Assembly (NCBI GenBank): GCA_020632445.1
Contig: JACKFN010000001.1
Span: 11,975 to 75,974, forward strand
Direction: 5' to 3'
Length of the DNA stretch: 64,000 nt
From: Candidatus Nomurabacteria bacterium
Lineage (GTDB): Bacteria; Patescibacteriota; Patescibacteriia; Magasanikbacterales; UBA922
Shown: piece after piece, positions 20,824 through 29,919 of the stretch
Position numbering within the stretch: the first letter of the stretch is position 1
Layout of the letters: every line of letters starts with the position of its first letter
Notes under the pieces: model-generated
What the model was told of the DNA's origin: nothing
The model's database searches: none
The model's input: only the letters and a program-made list of their open reading frames with translations
Translations under genes and position numbers: made by a program

Positions 20824-22728
20824 ATGGCAAACAAAGAAATGAACATTAACGATGAAAGAGCCGTTCGCATATCAAGGCTTGACCAGCTTCGAGAGATGGG
20901 TATTGACCCATATCCGGCAAAGGCTGCGCGTACACACAGTGTACAGCAAGCACTTGAGCTTGGTGATGGCAAAAAAAGTATCATTGCAGGGCGCGTCATG
21001 TCCAAGCGAGACATGGGAAAGATCTGTTTTTCTCATATTTTAGATGCTAGTGGGAAGATTCAAATAGTGCTTCAGAAGGATGAAATCGATGCAGAACAGT
21101 ACAAGTTGTTTGTTAAAAAAATAGATATTGGGGACTTTGTTTCCTTGGAGGGTGAACGGTTTACAACGCAAAAAGGAGAGCTTTCTTTGAAGGTAAAATC
21201 ATTTACCCTTTTAACGAAGTCACTTCGCCCTCTCCCTGATAAATTTCATGGTATTCAAGATGAAGAGGCAAGGCTGCGAAGGCGTTATCTGGATATTCTT
21301 TTCAATCCTGAACTCAAGCAACGCTTTGTCCGAAAGGCAAAATTTTGGAATTCAATGAGAGATTTTTTGGTTAAAGAAGGTTTTGTTGAAGTTGAAACTC
21401 CGGTACTTGAGTCTACGGCAGGTGGGGCTGATGCCACTCCATTTGTAACGCATCATAATGCGCTCGACATGGATGTATACCTTCGTATTTCTATGGGAGA
21501 GCTTTGGCAAAAACGTCTAATGGTAGCCGGATTTGAAAAAACCTTTGAAATAGGAAGGCAGTTTCGAAATGAGGGTATGAGCAGGGAGCATCTTCAAGAC
21601 TATACTCAGATGGAGTTTTATTGGGGATATGCAGATTATACCATGGCAATGGAGATGGTTGAGCGTATGTACAAGCACGTCATCAATGAGGCATTCGGAA
21701 AACTACAGTTTGATCAAATTGGTCAGTTTTCCGACGTCGACTTATCGGGTGAATGGGGAAAGATTGATTATCGAGAAACTATTTTAAAGAATACAGGAGT
21801 CGATATAGTCGAGGCGAGTGACGATGAAATAAAAGCAAAACTTTCTGAGCTTAAAATTCATGTCGAAGACTTTGAGGGAAGAGGAAGAATGATTGATTCT
21901 CTTTGGAAGACATGCAGAAAAAGTATAAAGGGTCCAGTTTTTCTCGTGAATGTGCCAGTTGAGGTTTCACCACTTGCAAAAAGACAAGAAGAGCAGCCAA
22001 GCCTAACTCAAAGGTACCAGATAATCATTGCAGGCTCGGAGATCGGAAATGGATACTCTGAATTGAATGATCCAATTGATCAGGCAGAACGCTTTGCAGA
22101 GCAGGCCAGGATGCGTGAAGCTGGGGACAGCGAGGCACAAATGCACGACGCGGAATTCGTAGAGGCGCTCGAATATGGTATGCCACCGACAACAGGATTT
22201 GGAGTTTCTGAGCGACTGTTCAGTTTTTTGGAAAACGAGCCCATCCGAGAATGTGTGCTTTTTCCATTACTTCGGCCGGAGGTTCAGGAGGCATCGACTT
22301 CTCATGCAAAAACCATGGCAGCTCACTGTGTGATTTGGGACGATGGCAACCAGCCACAGTGGAGTATACTCAACACCTGCGCACACTTGAGTGCCGCACT
22401 TGCTGCAAGACGAGGTATGAATTTAATTGAGATCCAGGACTCTCAGACACAGGACGGTGAGGTTATTCCCATGAATATTCGCCACGCAATCATGATGAAG
22501 AGTACAGCGCAAAGGGATAATCTCCTGCAGCTCAAACGAAAGGCAGAATCTGAAGGTTTTGATGTTTTTTGTTTTACGGAAGAGATGCGTGATTCTTCAG
22601 ATGATAAAAAGGTAAAAGAAAAGCAGGAGAAAAAGACAGCAGATCAAATTGCATTTCTTGGCGTGGTTGTTTTTGGAGAAATGAAAAAAGTAGAAAAGCT
22701 TACTCAGGAATTTGAGCTGTGGAAGTAG
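20824..22728 (+). CDS. lysS: Lysyl-tRNA synthetase (class II) carrying a C-terminal extension of about 135 aa.
   Basis: The canonical LysRS core ends near …GFGVSERLFSFL…VLFPLLRP. About 135 further residues follow (MAAHCVIWDDGNQPQWSILNTCAHLSAALAARRG…). Confidence 0.85.
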   Translation: MANKEMNINDERAVRISRLDQLREMGIDPYPAKAARTHSVQQALELGDGKKSIIAGRVMSKRDMGKICFSHILDASGKIQIVLQKDEIDAEQYKLFVKKIDIGDFVSLEGERFTTQKGELSLKVKSFTLLTKSLRPLPDKFHGIQDEEARLRRRYLDILFNPELKQRFVRKAKFWNSMRDFLVKEGFVEVETPVLESTAGGADATPFVTHHNALDMDVYLRISMGELWQKRLMVAGFEKTFEIGRQFRNEGMSREHLQDYTQMEFYWGYADYTMAMEMVERMYKHVINEAFGKLQFDQIGQFSDVDLSGEWGKIDYRETILKNTGVDIVEASDDEIKAKLSELKIHVEDFEGRGRMIDSLWKTCRKSIKGPVFLVNVPVEVSPLAKRQEEQPSLTQRYQIIIAGSEIGNGYSELNDPIDQAERFAEQARMREAGDSEAQMHDAEFVEALEYGMPPTTGFGVSERLFSFLENEPIRECVLFPLLRPEVQEASTSHAKTMAAHCVIWDDGNQPQWSILNTCAHLSAALAARRGMNLIEIQDSQTQDGEVIPMNIRHAIMMKSTAQRDNLLQLKRKAESEGFDVFCFTEEMRDSSDDKKVKEKQEKKTADQIAFLGVVVFGEMKKVEKLTQEFELWK

Positions 22729-22729
22729 T

Positions 22730-23146
22730 ATGAAAGCCATGCTCTTTGGCACATTTGACGGACTTCATGTTGGGCATATTGACTTGTTGCGACAGGCACA
22801 AGAACTTGCCGATGAGGTCGTTGTGCTGGTAGCGCAGGACTCTACGGTGGAAAAGGTAAAGGGAGCTCGGCCCATTCAAACTATAGAAGAGCGAATGCAG
22901 GTTCTCAAAGCAATAAAGGGAATTGATAAAGTAATTGCAGGACATCCCGATGACGTTTATGCCAGAATTGAGCAAATTCGACCAGATTGTATAATTTTGG
23001 GCTACGATCAAAATGCCTTCGTAGAAAAGCTTGAGCATATTTTGGAGGAGCGAAAAATGCCTGCTCAGATTATTCGGGCAAAAAAGTACCAAGCTGCGGA
23101 GAGAAAAAGTTCAATGCTCAAGCCGGGGCTTTTGGAAAGAATATGA
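22730..23146 (+). CDS. Cytidylyltransferase-like nucleotidyltransferase (TagD/RibL-like).
   Basis: GTFDGLHVGH (the HxGH nucleotidyltransferase motif), about 139 aa. Confidence 0.65.
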   Translation: MKAMLFGTFDGLHVGHIDLLRQAQELADEVVVLVAQDSTVEKVKGARPIQTIEERMQVLKAIKGIDKVIAGHPDDVYARIEQIRPDCIILGYDQNAFVEKLEHILEERKMPAQIIRAKKYQAAERKSSMLKPGLLERI

Positions 23147-24171
23147 AGAAGATTTTGCTTGCGACAACAAATGAAGGAAAGCTCAGAGAAATAAACAGTT
23201 TTTTCAAGGATCTTCCTTTTGAGCTTATAACGCTCGCGGATCTTAATGAGCCGCCAGAGCCACCAGATGAAAAATATGACGACATCATGTACAACGCCCA
23301 ACTTAAGGCGCATTACTATGGAGAGGCAACGGGAATGCCAACGATCTCGGAGGATTCCGGCTTTTATATAGATGCCCTTGATGGATGGCCAGGAGTACAC
23401 AGTGCGCGTGTTGCACAGAGTGATCAAGAGAAATGTGAGTTAGTTGTTGGTAAACTCGAAGGAATTGCCAATAGGGGGGCTCAGTTTCGATGTGTTCTGT
23501 TTTTCTATGATCCTCACTCGCGGATTTCCCATTCAGCCTTTGGCAGTGATCATGGTATTATTACCAAGCAGTATGATTCTGGTGTAAAAGGCTTTGCTTA
23601 TGACCCCATTTTCTTTTCAGGTGAGCTTGGAAAAACCTATGCGCAGGCAACCTTACAGGAGAAGGCATCGGTTTCTGGTAGGGGGAAGGCACTGGCAAAA
23701 ATGAAAAACATCCTTTCGATGATGTACACGTCTCGTCACACTATTGTGCCGGTTGCACTTATCATAAAGGGTGGGGAGCTTATGATGACACTTCGAAACG
23801 ATCCTCAAAACCCACGCTTTCACAAGAAATGGGAGTTTCCTGGTGGAAAACTTGATATGGACGAAACAATAGAGGAGTGTGTAATCAGAGAGACGCGTGA
23901 GGAGACCGGCTATGATATTGAAGTGATTGCAAGACTCTCACAGGTTATGCTTGTGCATGAATCCACACGGAATTATCAGGTGTGTCTGATCCCTTGTTTG
24001 GGGAAAGTTGTTGGTGGAGATGGGACCTATTCAGATGCAGAGGTGCTTGAAATAAAATACTTTGGACTTGACGATGTACTTAGTCAACCAGATCTCATTC
24101 CAGAAAATGATGTACTCTATAAAAGAATTCTTCCAGAGCTAAAGGCACTGGTGGAAGCCCATAATTTGTAA
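23143..24171 (+). CDS. Fusion protein with an N-terminal Ham1/RdgB non-canonical purine NTP pyrophosphatase domain and a C-terminal NUDIX hydrolase domain.
   Basis: N-terminal KKILLATTNEGKLREI and FGYDPIF-like motifs (Ham1). C-terminal Nudix box EFPGGKLDMDETIEECVIRETREETGY. Confidence 0.75.
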   Translation: MKKILLATTNEGKLREINSFFKDLPFELITLADLNEPPEPPDEKYDDIMYNAQLKAHYYGEATGMPTISEDSGFYIDALDGWPGVHSARVAQSDQEKCELVVGKLEGIANRGAQFRCVLFFYDPHSRISHSAFGSDHGIITKQYDSGVKGFAYDPIFFSGELGKTYAQATLQEKASVSGRGKALAKMKNILSMMYTSRHTIVPVALIIKGGELMMTLRNDPQNPRFHKKWEFPGGKLDMDETIEECVIRETREETGYDIEVIARLSQVMLVHESTRNYQVCLIPCLGKVVGGDGTYSDAEVLEIKYFGLDDVLSQPDLIPENDVLYKRILPELKALVEAHNL

Positions 24172-24174
24172 TGT

Positions 24175-25413
24175 ATGTTGGACATAAAATTTATTCGAGA
24201 CAATAAAGATGCTGTAAAAAAGAACATTGAAAACCGCCGGATGAAGGTTGACATTGATCTTTTGCTTGATCTTGATGAGGAAAGAAGAAACTATATCGCC
24301 GAAATCGAGGGACTGCGTGCACTCAAAAAGGTATCAAAAACCGGTCCTCCTACCGAGCTTGAATTGAAGCAGATCAGAGAGGTAAAGGAGAGACTCGAGG
24401 TACTTGAGAAGAGATATGCCCCGGTAAACGAACAGTATCGGGAGCTCTTAATGCAGGTGCCAAACATGGCACATCCAGACTCTCCTATTGGTGGAGAAGA
24501 AGACTTTGTTGTCCTCCACACATCTGGAAGTGTTCCTAGTTTTGAATTTGCGGCTAAAGATCACCAAGCGCTCCTTGAAGACGCTGGTATGCTTGATTTT
24601 GAACGTGGCGCTAAAGTGGCTGGATCAAAGTTTTATTTTAGTAAGGGAATGCTCGTAAAGTTAAACTTGGCACTCATACAGTATGGAATTGAAATACTTG
24701 AGAAGCATGGTTTTGAGCTTGTAGAAACTCCAGACATGGCTCGTTTAGACGTTCTTGAGGGTATTGGTTTTAATCCTCGAGGAGAAGAATCACAAATTTA
24801 TACTCTTGAAGGAACTGAACTGGGACTTATAGGAACGGCCGAAATCACTATGGGGGGATATCATAGAGATGAAATTCTTGATCTTAGTCAAGGTCCAAAG
24901 AAGTATGCAGCATTGTCTCATTGTTTTAGAAAAGAAGCTGGCGCATATGGGCGTACGAGTAAGGGGTTATACCGTGTTCATCAGTTTACCAAATTAGAAA
25001 TGTTTATTTACTGCAGACCAGAAGAGAGTGAACAGATGCACGAGCAACTCCTTGAAATTGAAAAAGAAATTTGTGACGGCCTAGAAATACCATATCGTGT
25101 TATTGATATTCCAACAGGTGATTTGGGAGCGCCTGCCTATAGAAAATTTGATATTGAAGGATTCATGACCATGAAGGCTGCTGAAACAAGGGGAGGGGAC
25201 TATGGAGAAATCACCAGTACGAGCAACTGTACCGACTACCAAGCTCGCAGGCTGAATATTAAGTATAAGGACGAGCAGGGTAATTTGCAGCATGTGCACA
25301 CTCTCAACGGTACGGCTGTTGTGCTCAGTCGTTTTCCTATCGTGATTGTTGAAAACAATCAGAAGCCAGATGGAACTTTTGAAGTGCCTGAAGTTCTCAA
25401 AAAGTACATGTAA
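24175..25413 (+). CDS. serS: Seryl-tRNA synthetase.
   Basis: N-terminal coiled-coil MLDIKFIRDN… and a class II catalytic core. Confidence 0.9.
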   Translation: MLDIKFIRDNKDAVKKNIENRRMKVDIDLLLDLDEERRNYIAEIEGLRALKKVSKTGPPTELELKQIREVKERLEVLEKRYAPVNEQYRELLMQVPNMAHPDSPIGGEEDFVVLHTSGSVPSFEFAAKDHQALLEDAGMLDFERGAKVAGSKFYFSKGMLVKLNLALIQYGIEILEKHGFELVETPDMARLDVLEGIGFNPRGEESQIYTLEGTELGLIGTAEITMGGYHRDEILDLSQGPKKYAALSHCFRKEAGAYGRTSKGLYRVHQFTKLEMFIYCRPEESEQMHEQLLEIEKEICDGLEIPYRVIDIPTGDLGAPAYRKFDIEGFMTMKAAETRGGDYGEITSTSNCTDYQARRLNIKYKDEQGNLQHVHTLNGTAVVLSRFPIVIVENNQKPDGTFEVPEVLKKYM

Positions 25414-25421
25414 TACACGGT

Positions 25422-26327
25422 ATGTCACGAGCCTTACACCGCAGGCCTGACTATTCAAGGGGGAAATTGCGAAATCCGTTCCGTATGGAGCAGGATCGGT
25501 CAGGTTTGAAAATGCGTATTCTTTTGATATTCGCAGGAGTCTGCGTTGTGTTTTCTATTGGAATGCTTTTGTATCATTCTTTGTTCCAGATAAAAACGGT
25601 TTCGGTCTATGGGAGTATTCGACTCAGCAGCGAGGACCTTAAGGATACTGTGCACGGTGTGCTATCAGGTAAAAAATTCCTTCTTCCTGCAAGCAACTTC
25701 TTTCTTGTCGATGAGTCTGAGGTAGAAGACCTTTTGCTTGAAAAGTATCCGCTTGAATCAGTGGAGGCTACTAAGGTTTTCCCAAATGCGTTAAAAGTAG
25801 ATATTCAAGAGAAGATTACGAAGGTCCTCTATACCGATGGAGAGCGAGTTCAATTTGTAGATCAAGATGGATCAAGCATTGAGTCATTGCGCAAAGTTTT
25901 TGAAAGCGAGTGGGGGAGTACATCTGTATCTGAAATATCACACGTTGATGGTGTTGAGACAACCACAGTAAAGTTAGTAAAAACGTTTCGTCCAGACGTG
26001 CAGTCGCTCAAAAGTGATTATGGAGATTATCCGATAGTATATTCAGCCGATGCACTTGTATTAACTCCAGCAGAAATTCAAGATGCGCTTTCTTGGTTTC
26101 GACTCATTCATAAAATGGGACAGGTAGAGTATCACTATCAGACAGTTCATGAGGGAATCTCCTATGGGTCACTGGTTGTGTCAGGAGTGCCAATATACAT
26201 TTCAAGCAGGCTTCCTCAGGAAATCCAGCAAAATTTACTTGCCCATTTTTTGTCGCAACAAAATAGTGGTATACAGGAATACGAATACATCGACCTGCGG
26301 TATGCTCCGGCTATCTACTGGAAATAA
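25422..26327 (+). CDS. FtsQ/DivIB-like membrane-anchored POTRA-domain protein.
   Basis: Single N-terminal transmembrane segment, then a POTRA-like pattern IKTVSVYGSIRLSSEDL…FPNALKVDIQEK. Confidence 0.45.
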   Translation: MSRALHRRPDYSRGKLRNPFRMEQDRSGLKMRILLIFAGVCVVFSIGMLLYHSLFQIKTVSVYGSIRLSSEDLKDTVHGVLSGKKFLLPASNFFLVDESEVEDLLLEKYPLESVEATKVFPNALKVDIQEKITKVLYTDGERVQFVDQDGSSIESLRKVFESEWGSTSVSEISHVDGVETTTVKLVKTFRPDVQSLKSDYGDYPIVYSADALVLTPAEIQDALSWFRLIHKMGQVEYHYQTVHEGISYGSLVVSGVPIYISSRLPQEIQQNLLAHFLSQQNSGIQEYEYIDLRYAPAIYWK

Positions 26328-26401
26328 GTACTTGCATAAATGCCTGTATTTGATAAAATGTATCTACTGTTACACATGTATTAATTTAACACTTTTTCCT
26401 T

Positions 26402-27178
26402 ATGGAGAAGAAAGAAAATGCTACGCCATACTCTGGAGGAGTTTCAGGCATGTTAAATAATTTTTCGCCAGCCCAGGTGTTGGGAATTGGTGTGATTGGG
26501 GGATTCATGGTACTTTGTACTATTGGATTTTTCATTCTTCTTGGAATCCAGCTTGATAATGATGATTCTGATAAAATGGCAAAGGTTGGGGTAAATCCTA
26601 CTCCATCTCAACCTACCGCGCCAACAGCACCTACACAGCCGACAGTAACACCACGTGATGTCGGAAGTGATGACCATATTCGTGGAAACAAGAATGCTTC
26701 AATCACCATAATTGAGTATTCTGATATTGAATGTCCATTTTGTAACCGCTTCCATGGTACGATGAAGCAGGTTATGGATAACTACGGCGACAAAGTTAAG
26801 TGGGTATACAGGCATAATCCACTCACAAGTCTTCACGCAAATGCTTATGATGCATCGCTTGCAACTGAATGTGCTGGTAAACAGGGGAAATTTTGGGAAT
26901 TGACTGATTACCTCTTTGACGTTGTACAAAGCGAGCAAAGACTCACCCGCAGCAATTTTAGCGACTATGCATCTGCAGTTGGGTTGAATGTAAGCTCCTT
27001 TGAATCTTGTCTCAATGCCAAGGAATTTGCAAGCAAGGTTTCACTCGATCAGGCAGATGTACCTGGAAAGGGAACTCCATTTAGCATTATTGTCGGTCCA
27101 AATGGCGAGATGGCATCTATCAACGGTGCGCAACCATATTCAGCTGTCGAGGCGCAAATACAGCAGTTTCTTCAGTAA
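26402..27178 (+). CDS. DsbA-family thiol:disulfide oxidoreductase, membrane anchored.
   Basis: CPFC active site in a thioredoxin fold. N-terminal transmembrane segment and a Pro/Thr-rich linker. Confidence 0.75.
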   Translation: MEKKENATPYSGGVSGMLNNFSPAQVLGIGVIGGFMVLCTIGFFILLGIQLDNDDSDKMAKVGVNPTPSQPTAPTAPTQPTVTPRDVGSDDHIRGNKNASITIIEYSDIECPFCNRFHGTMKQVMDNYGDKVKWVYRHNPLTSLHANAYDASLATECAGKQGKFWELTDYLFDVVQSEQRLTRSNFSDYASAVGLNVSSFESCLNAKEFASKVSLDQADVPGKGTPFSIIVGPNGEMASINGAQPYSAVEAQIQQFLQ

Positions 27179-27200
27179 TAGGGGAGACACAGTATCTCAA

Positions 27201-27234
27201 AAAGACCATCCTTTTCTGGATGGTCTTTTTTGTT
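27201..27234 (+). terminator. Rho-independent terminator after the dsbA-like gene.
   Basis: AAGACCATCC-ttttct-GGATGGTCTT followed by TTTTTTG. Confidence 0.75.
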
Positions 27235-27663
27235 GCCATTCGTGTGGTTTTATGTCCGCAGCAGGTCGAGTTGATCAGCGGGCTTATCCTAATAGTCGCA
27301 GCAGCAGCAGCTCATAAGCATTCCTCACACCTAAAGGTTCAAGAAAAAGTGCTTGTGTCGCACAATATTTTCATGAAAAATGATGAGAGAAAAGAGGGCA
27401 CAATAGCAGAGTTACATATATATGACTAACACACCACAAAATGCCAGAGATCGATTCATAGAGTGCATATTGCAAAATCATTACTAATTTTAAATATGGT
27501 TTTTGATCTGCGTTCAGGAATTTGAAAGTCTTTATAGGTAAAAGTTTATTACTGCAGAGGTATAGCTTTACCTGTAAATTTAAAGTGCATTTCTGTAGCG
27601 TCGTATAAGATATATTGTGCGACATTAATATACACTTTCTAACACCACACGATTCAAACAAAA

Positions 27664-27690
27664 AAAGACTAAACACCGTCTTTCTTTTCG
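27664..27690 (-). terminator. Hairpin plus U-tract, bidirectional, downstream of the GC-rich island ORF.
   Basis: Minus strand reads AAGAAAGAC-GGUGUUUA-GUCUUUUUUU. Confidence 0.4.
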
Positions 27691-27768
27691 AGCGACAAAG
27701 CCTTGCATGAATCGACAGAGGGTGGGCTGCTCTGTGTGCTTAGGTTGGTGAGTGTATACAAACGAGAA

Positions 27769-28161
27769 TTAACGCCGATCGGCTCCAGTGTTGCGTGCAT
27801 GACGGCGCTCACGAGCACGAGACCGGGACGAGCCTTTTGTGCTCGTAGGAACGGGCTTGGGACGAGAAGAACCTCGACCCCTTTGTTCAGATGTGAAGGG
27901 TATGACACCGTCCCCGTAGTTCACGTGGAGGGCAAGGCCCTTCTTCTTGCGGTACGCTGCAAGGCGTCGTTCGATGTAGCCATGATCGATGCAAGCATCC
28001 CTGGAGCTGTCCTCACATCCATCGCACAAACCGGCGAATTCGATGCAGACTTGGCCGTCTCCTCTGTCGGCCACGGAGGTGGTAAGAAGTACGTTGTCGC
28101 ACACAACGCACACGAGCCTCGCTTCCACTCTTGGTGTAGGCACTCGCTCCCCTTTTGACAT
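27769..28161 (-). CDS. Candidate horizontally acquired small protein with a Cys-rich zinc-ribbon-like N-terminus and an Arg/Ser-rich basic tail.
   Basis: 130-aa ORF from an ATG inside a 0.5-kb GC-rich island (about 56% GC against about 42% for the flanks). Codons are strongly G/C-ending in this frame only. CVVC…CDGC…C…H motifs. Flanked by terminators on the minus strand. Confidence 0.35.
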   Translation of the reverse strand: MSKGERVPTPRVEARLVCVVCDNVLLTTSVADRGDGQVCIEFAGLCDGCEDSSRDACIDHGYIERRLAAYRKKKGLALHVNYGDGVIPFTSEQRGRGSSRPKPVPTSTKGSSRSRARERRHARNTGADRR

Positions 28162-28196
28162 GCGCCACTGCACGTCTTATATATCGTATCACACAT

Positions 28197-28253
28197 ATTG
28201 ATACATACGCAAAAAAAGCAGGGGGCACTTCCCTGCTCATCTTGCGTATGTAT
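28197..28253 (-). terminator. pyrG terminator embedded in nested palindromes.
   Basis: Minus strand GCAGGGAAGUGCCCCCUGC plus U7, flanked by a perfect 13-bp inverted repeat GATACATACGCAA / TTGCGTATGTATC. Confidence 0.7.
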
Positions 28254-28258
28254 CAATA

Positions 28259-29893
28259 CTATTTGATCGCTGCTCGAATAAACGCTTCAAATAGTGGATG
28301 TGGCTGCATGGGTCTTGATTTAAACTCAGGATGAAACTGCACCCCAACAAAAAATGGGTGATCTCTTAGCTCTACTATTTCGACAAGATTGGATTCAGGA
28401 TTCACGCCGACAATTTCAAGACCGGCCTTATCAAGTCGGTCCCTATACGCATTGTTAAACTCATAACGGTGACGATGACGTTCGCTAACGCTGCTTTTTC
28501 CATAGGCTTTTCGCACCTTACTTCCCTTTTTAAGATCGCAAGAAAAAGCACCGAGACGCATGGTTCCTCCATATTTTCCCTGAAGGACATTTTTCGCCTG
28601 ATACGGACTGATATGTATAATTGGTTCCTTGGTGTCTGGATTGATTTCCACGGTATTGGCAGCCTTGATACCCAGTATGTCTCTGGCAAACTCAATGCAG
28701 GCCAGTTGCATTCCATAACAAAGTCCAAAATACGGAATCTTATGTTCTCGTGCAAATTTGATGGCCTTAATGACGCCTTCAATTCCACGCGCACCAAAAC
28801 CACCAGGGACAATGATAGCGTCGAACTGTGCAAGATCCTTTACCTTTGCCGGCTTTTTTTCATATACTTCTGAATCTATCCATTCTAGCTGCGGTTGAGC
28901 ACCCAGCGACCATGCGGCATGTTTGACAGCTTCAATGACGGAAATATACGAATCGGAAAGAGTATAATCCCCTGTTCCAAAATATTTTCCAACAACAGCA
29001 ATACGTACGTCTTTTTTGGGATTTGCGATAGCGTGATTCAACTTCTTCCAGTTTGATAGATCTATCCTCTTCTGCTCGATTCCTAAAACCTTCATGAGCT
29101 TATTGGTAAATCCTTGTTCTTCCATTTTGAGAGGAATTTCGTAAATTGAATCCACATCAGGCGCTGAAATACAATGATCCTGTGAAACACCACAAAAAAC
29201 CGCTAACTTTTCACGTCTTGGCTTATCCAGTTCGAACTCCCCTCTTGCCACAATAAAATCAGGATTAATTCCCGCACTGTTGAGTTGCCTTGCAGCGTGC
29301 TGTGTGGGCTTAGTTTTCATTTCTCCAATATGCTTTGGAATAGGGAGATAGCTTACCAGTACAAAGGCAACACTATCAGGCGCCTCAAGCTTCATCATTC
29401 TTGCGGCCTCCAGAAAAAGAATATTCTCGTACTCCCCGACTGAACCACCAATTTCAACGATAGTTACATCAGCATGGCTTTTTTTCTGTGCATTTTTAAT
29501 TCTCCGAACAATCTCAAGCGGAATGTGTGGAACAACCTGTACACATTTGCCCTTGTATTTCATTGAACGTTCATTTTCAATAACGCTCATATATACACGG
29601 CCCGTAGTCATATAATTGTCGGAGAGAAGGTCAGTCTCGAGGAAACGTTCGTAATTTCCCATATCCTGATCAGTCTCATCACCATCATCAGTTACAAAAA
29701 CCTCACCATGCTCAATAGGATTCATGGTGCCTGCGTCCACGTTGACGTATGGATCAGCCTTAAGTGCGGTCACTTCGAGTCCGCGTGCTTTAAAGAGTGC
29801 ACCAAGTGATGCAGATGTGACACCCTTCCCCACTCCGGAAAGTACTCCACCTACAATGAATATAAACTTTGGCTTTTTGAGCTTTGATGGCAT
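28259..29893 (-). CDS. pyrG: CTP synthase.
   Basis: 544 aa with an N-terminal synthetase domain GGVLSGVGKG and a C-terminal GATase (GLCYGMQ). Confidence 0.95.
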   Translation of the reverse strand: MPSKLKKPKFIFIVGGVLSGVGKGVTSASLGALFKARGLEVTALKADPYVNVDAGTMNPIEHGEVFVTDDGDETDQDMGNYERFLETDLLSDNYMTTGRVYMSVIENERSMKYKGKCVQVVPHIPLEIVRRIKNAQKKSHADVTIVEIGGSVGEYENILFLEAARMMKLEAPDSVAFVLVSYLPIPKHIGEMKTKPTQHAARQLNSAGINPDFIVARGEFELDKPRREKLAVFCGVSQDHCISAPDVDSIYEIPLKMEEQGFTNKLMKVLGIEQKRIDLSNWKKLNHAIANPKKDVRIAVVGKYFGTGDYTLSDSYISVIEAVKHAAWSLGAQPQLEWIDSEVYEKKPAKVKDLAQFDAIIVPGGFGARGIEGVIKAIKFAREHKIPYFGLCYGMQLACIEFARDILGIKAANTVEINPDTKEPIIHISPYQAKNVLQGKYGGTMRLGAFSCDLKKGSKVRKAYGKSSVSERHRHRYEFNNAYRDRLDKAGLEIVGVNPESNLVEIVELRDHPFFVGVQFHPEFKSRPMQPHPLFEAFIRAAIK

Positions 29894-29919
29894 AGATGAA
29901 AAAAATTAAGGGCCACAAA

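Noticed and set aside
27703-28158. Plus-strand 151-aa ORF and other overlapping ORFs across the GC-rich island
   Set aside because: Long ORFs arise on both strands in GC-rich DNA. Only the minus-strand frame shows consistent G/C-ending codon bias and a start/stop compatible with the flanking terminators. The plus-strand product is Ala/Arg/Ser-rich and looks non-protein-like.
27664-28195. Possibility that the GC-rich island is a structured RNA (RNase P RNA, tmRNA, SRP RNA)
   Set aside because: I looked for hallmark motifs on both strands: the RNase P P4 GGAAAGUCCGG/ACAGAACCCGGCUUA, the tmRNA tag reading frame and T-arm GGUUCGAAUCC…CCA, and SRP domain IV. None is present beyond a weak GGUAAGA match. 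The frame-specific codon bias favours a protein gene. A covariance-model scan would settle it.
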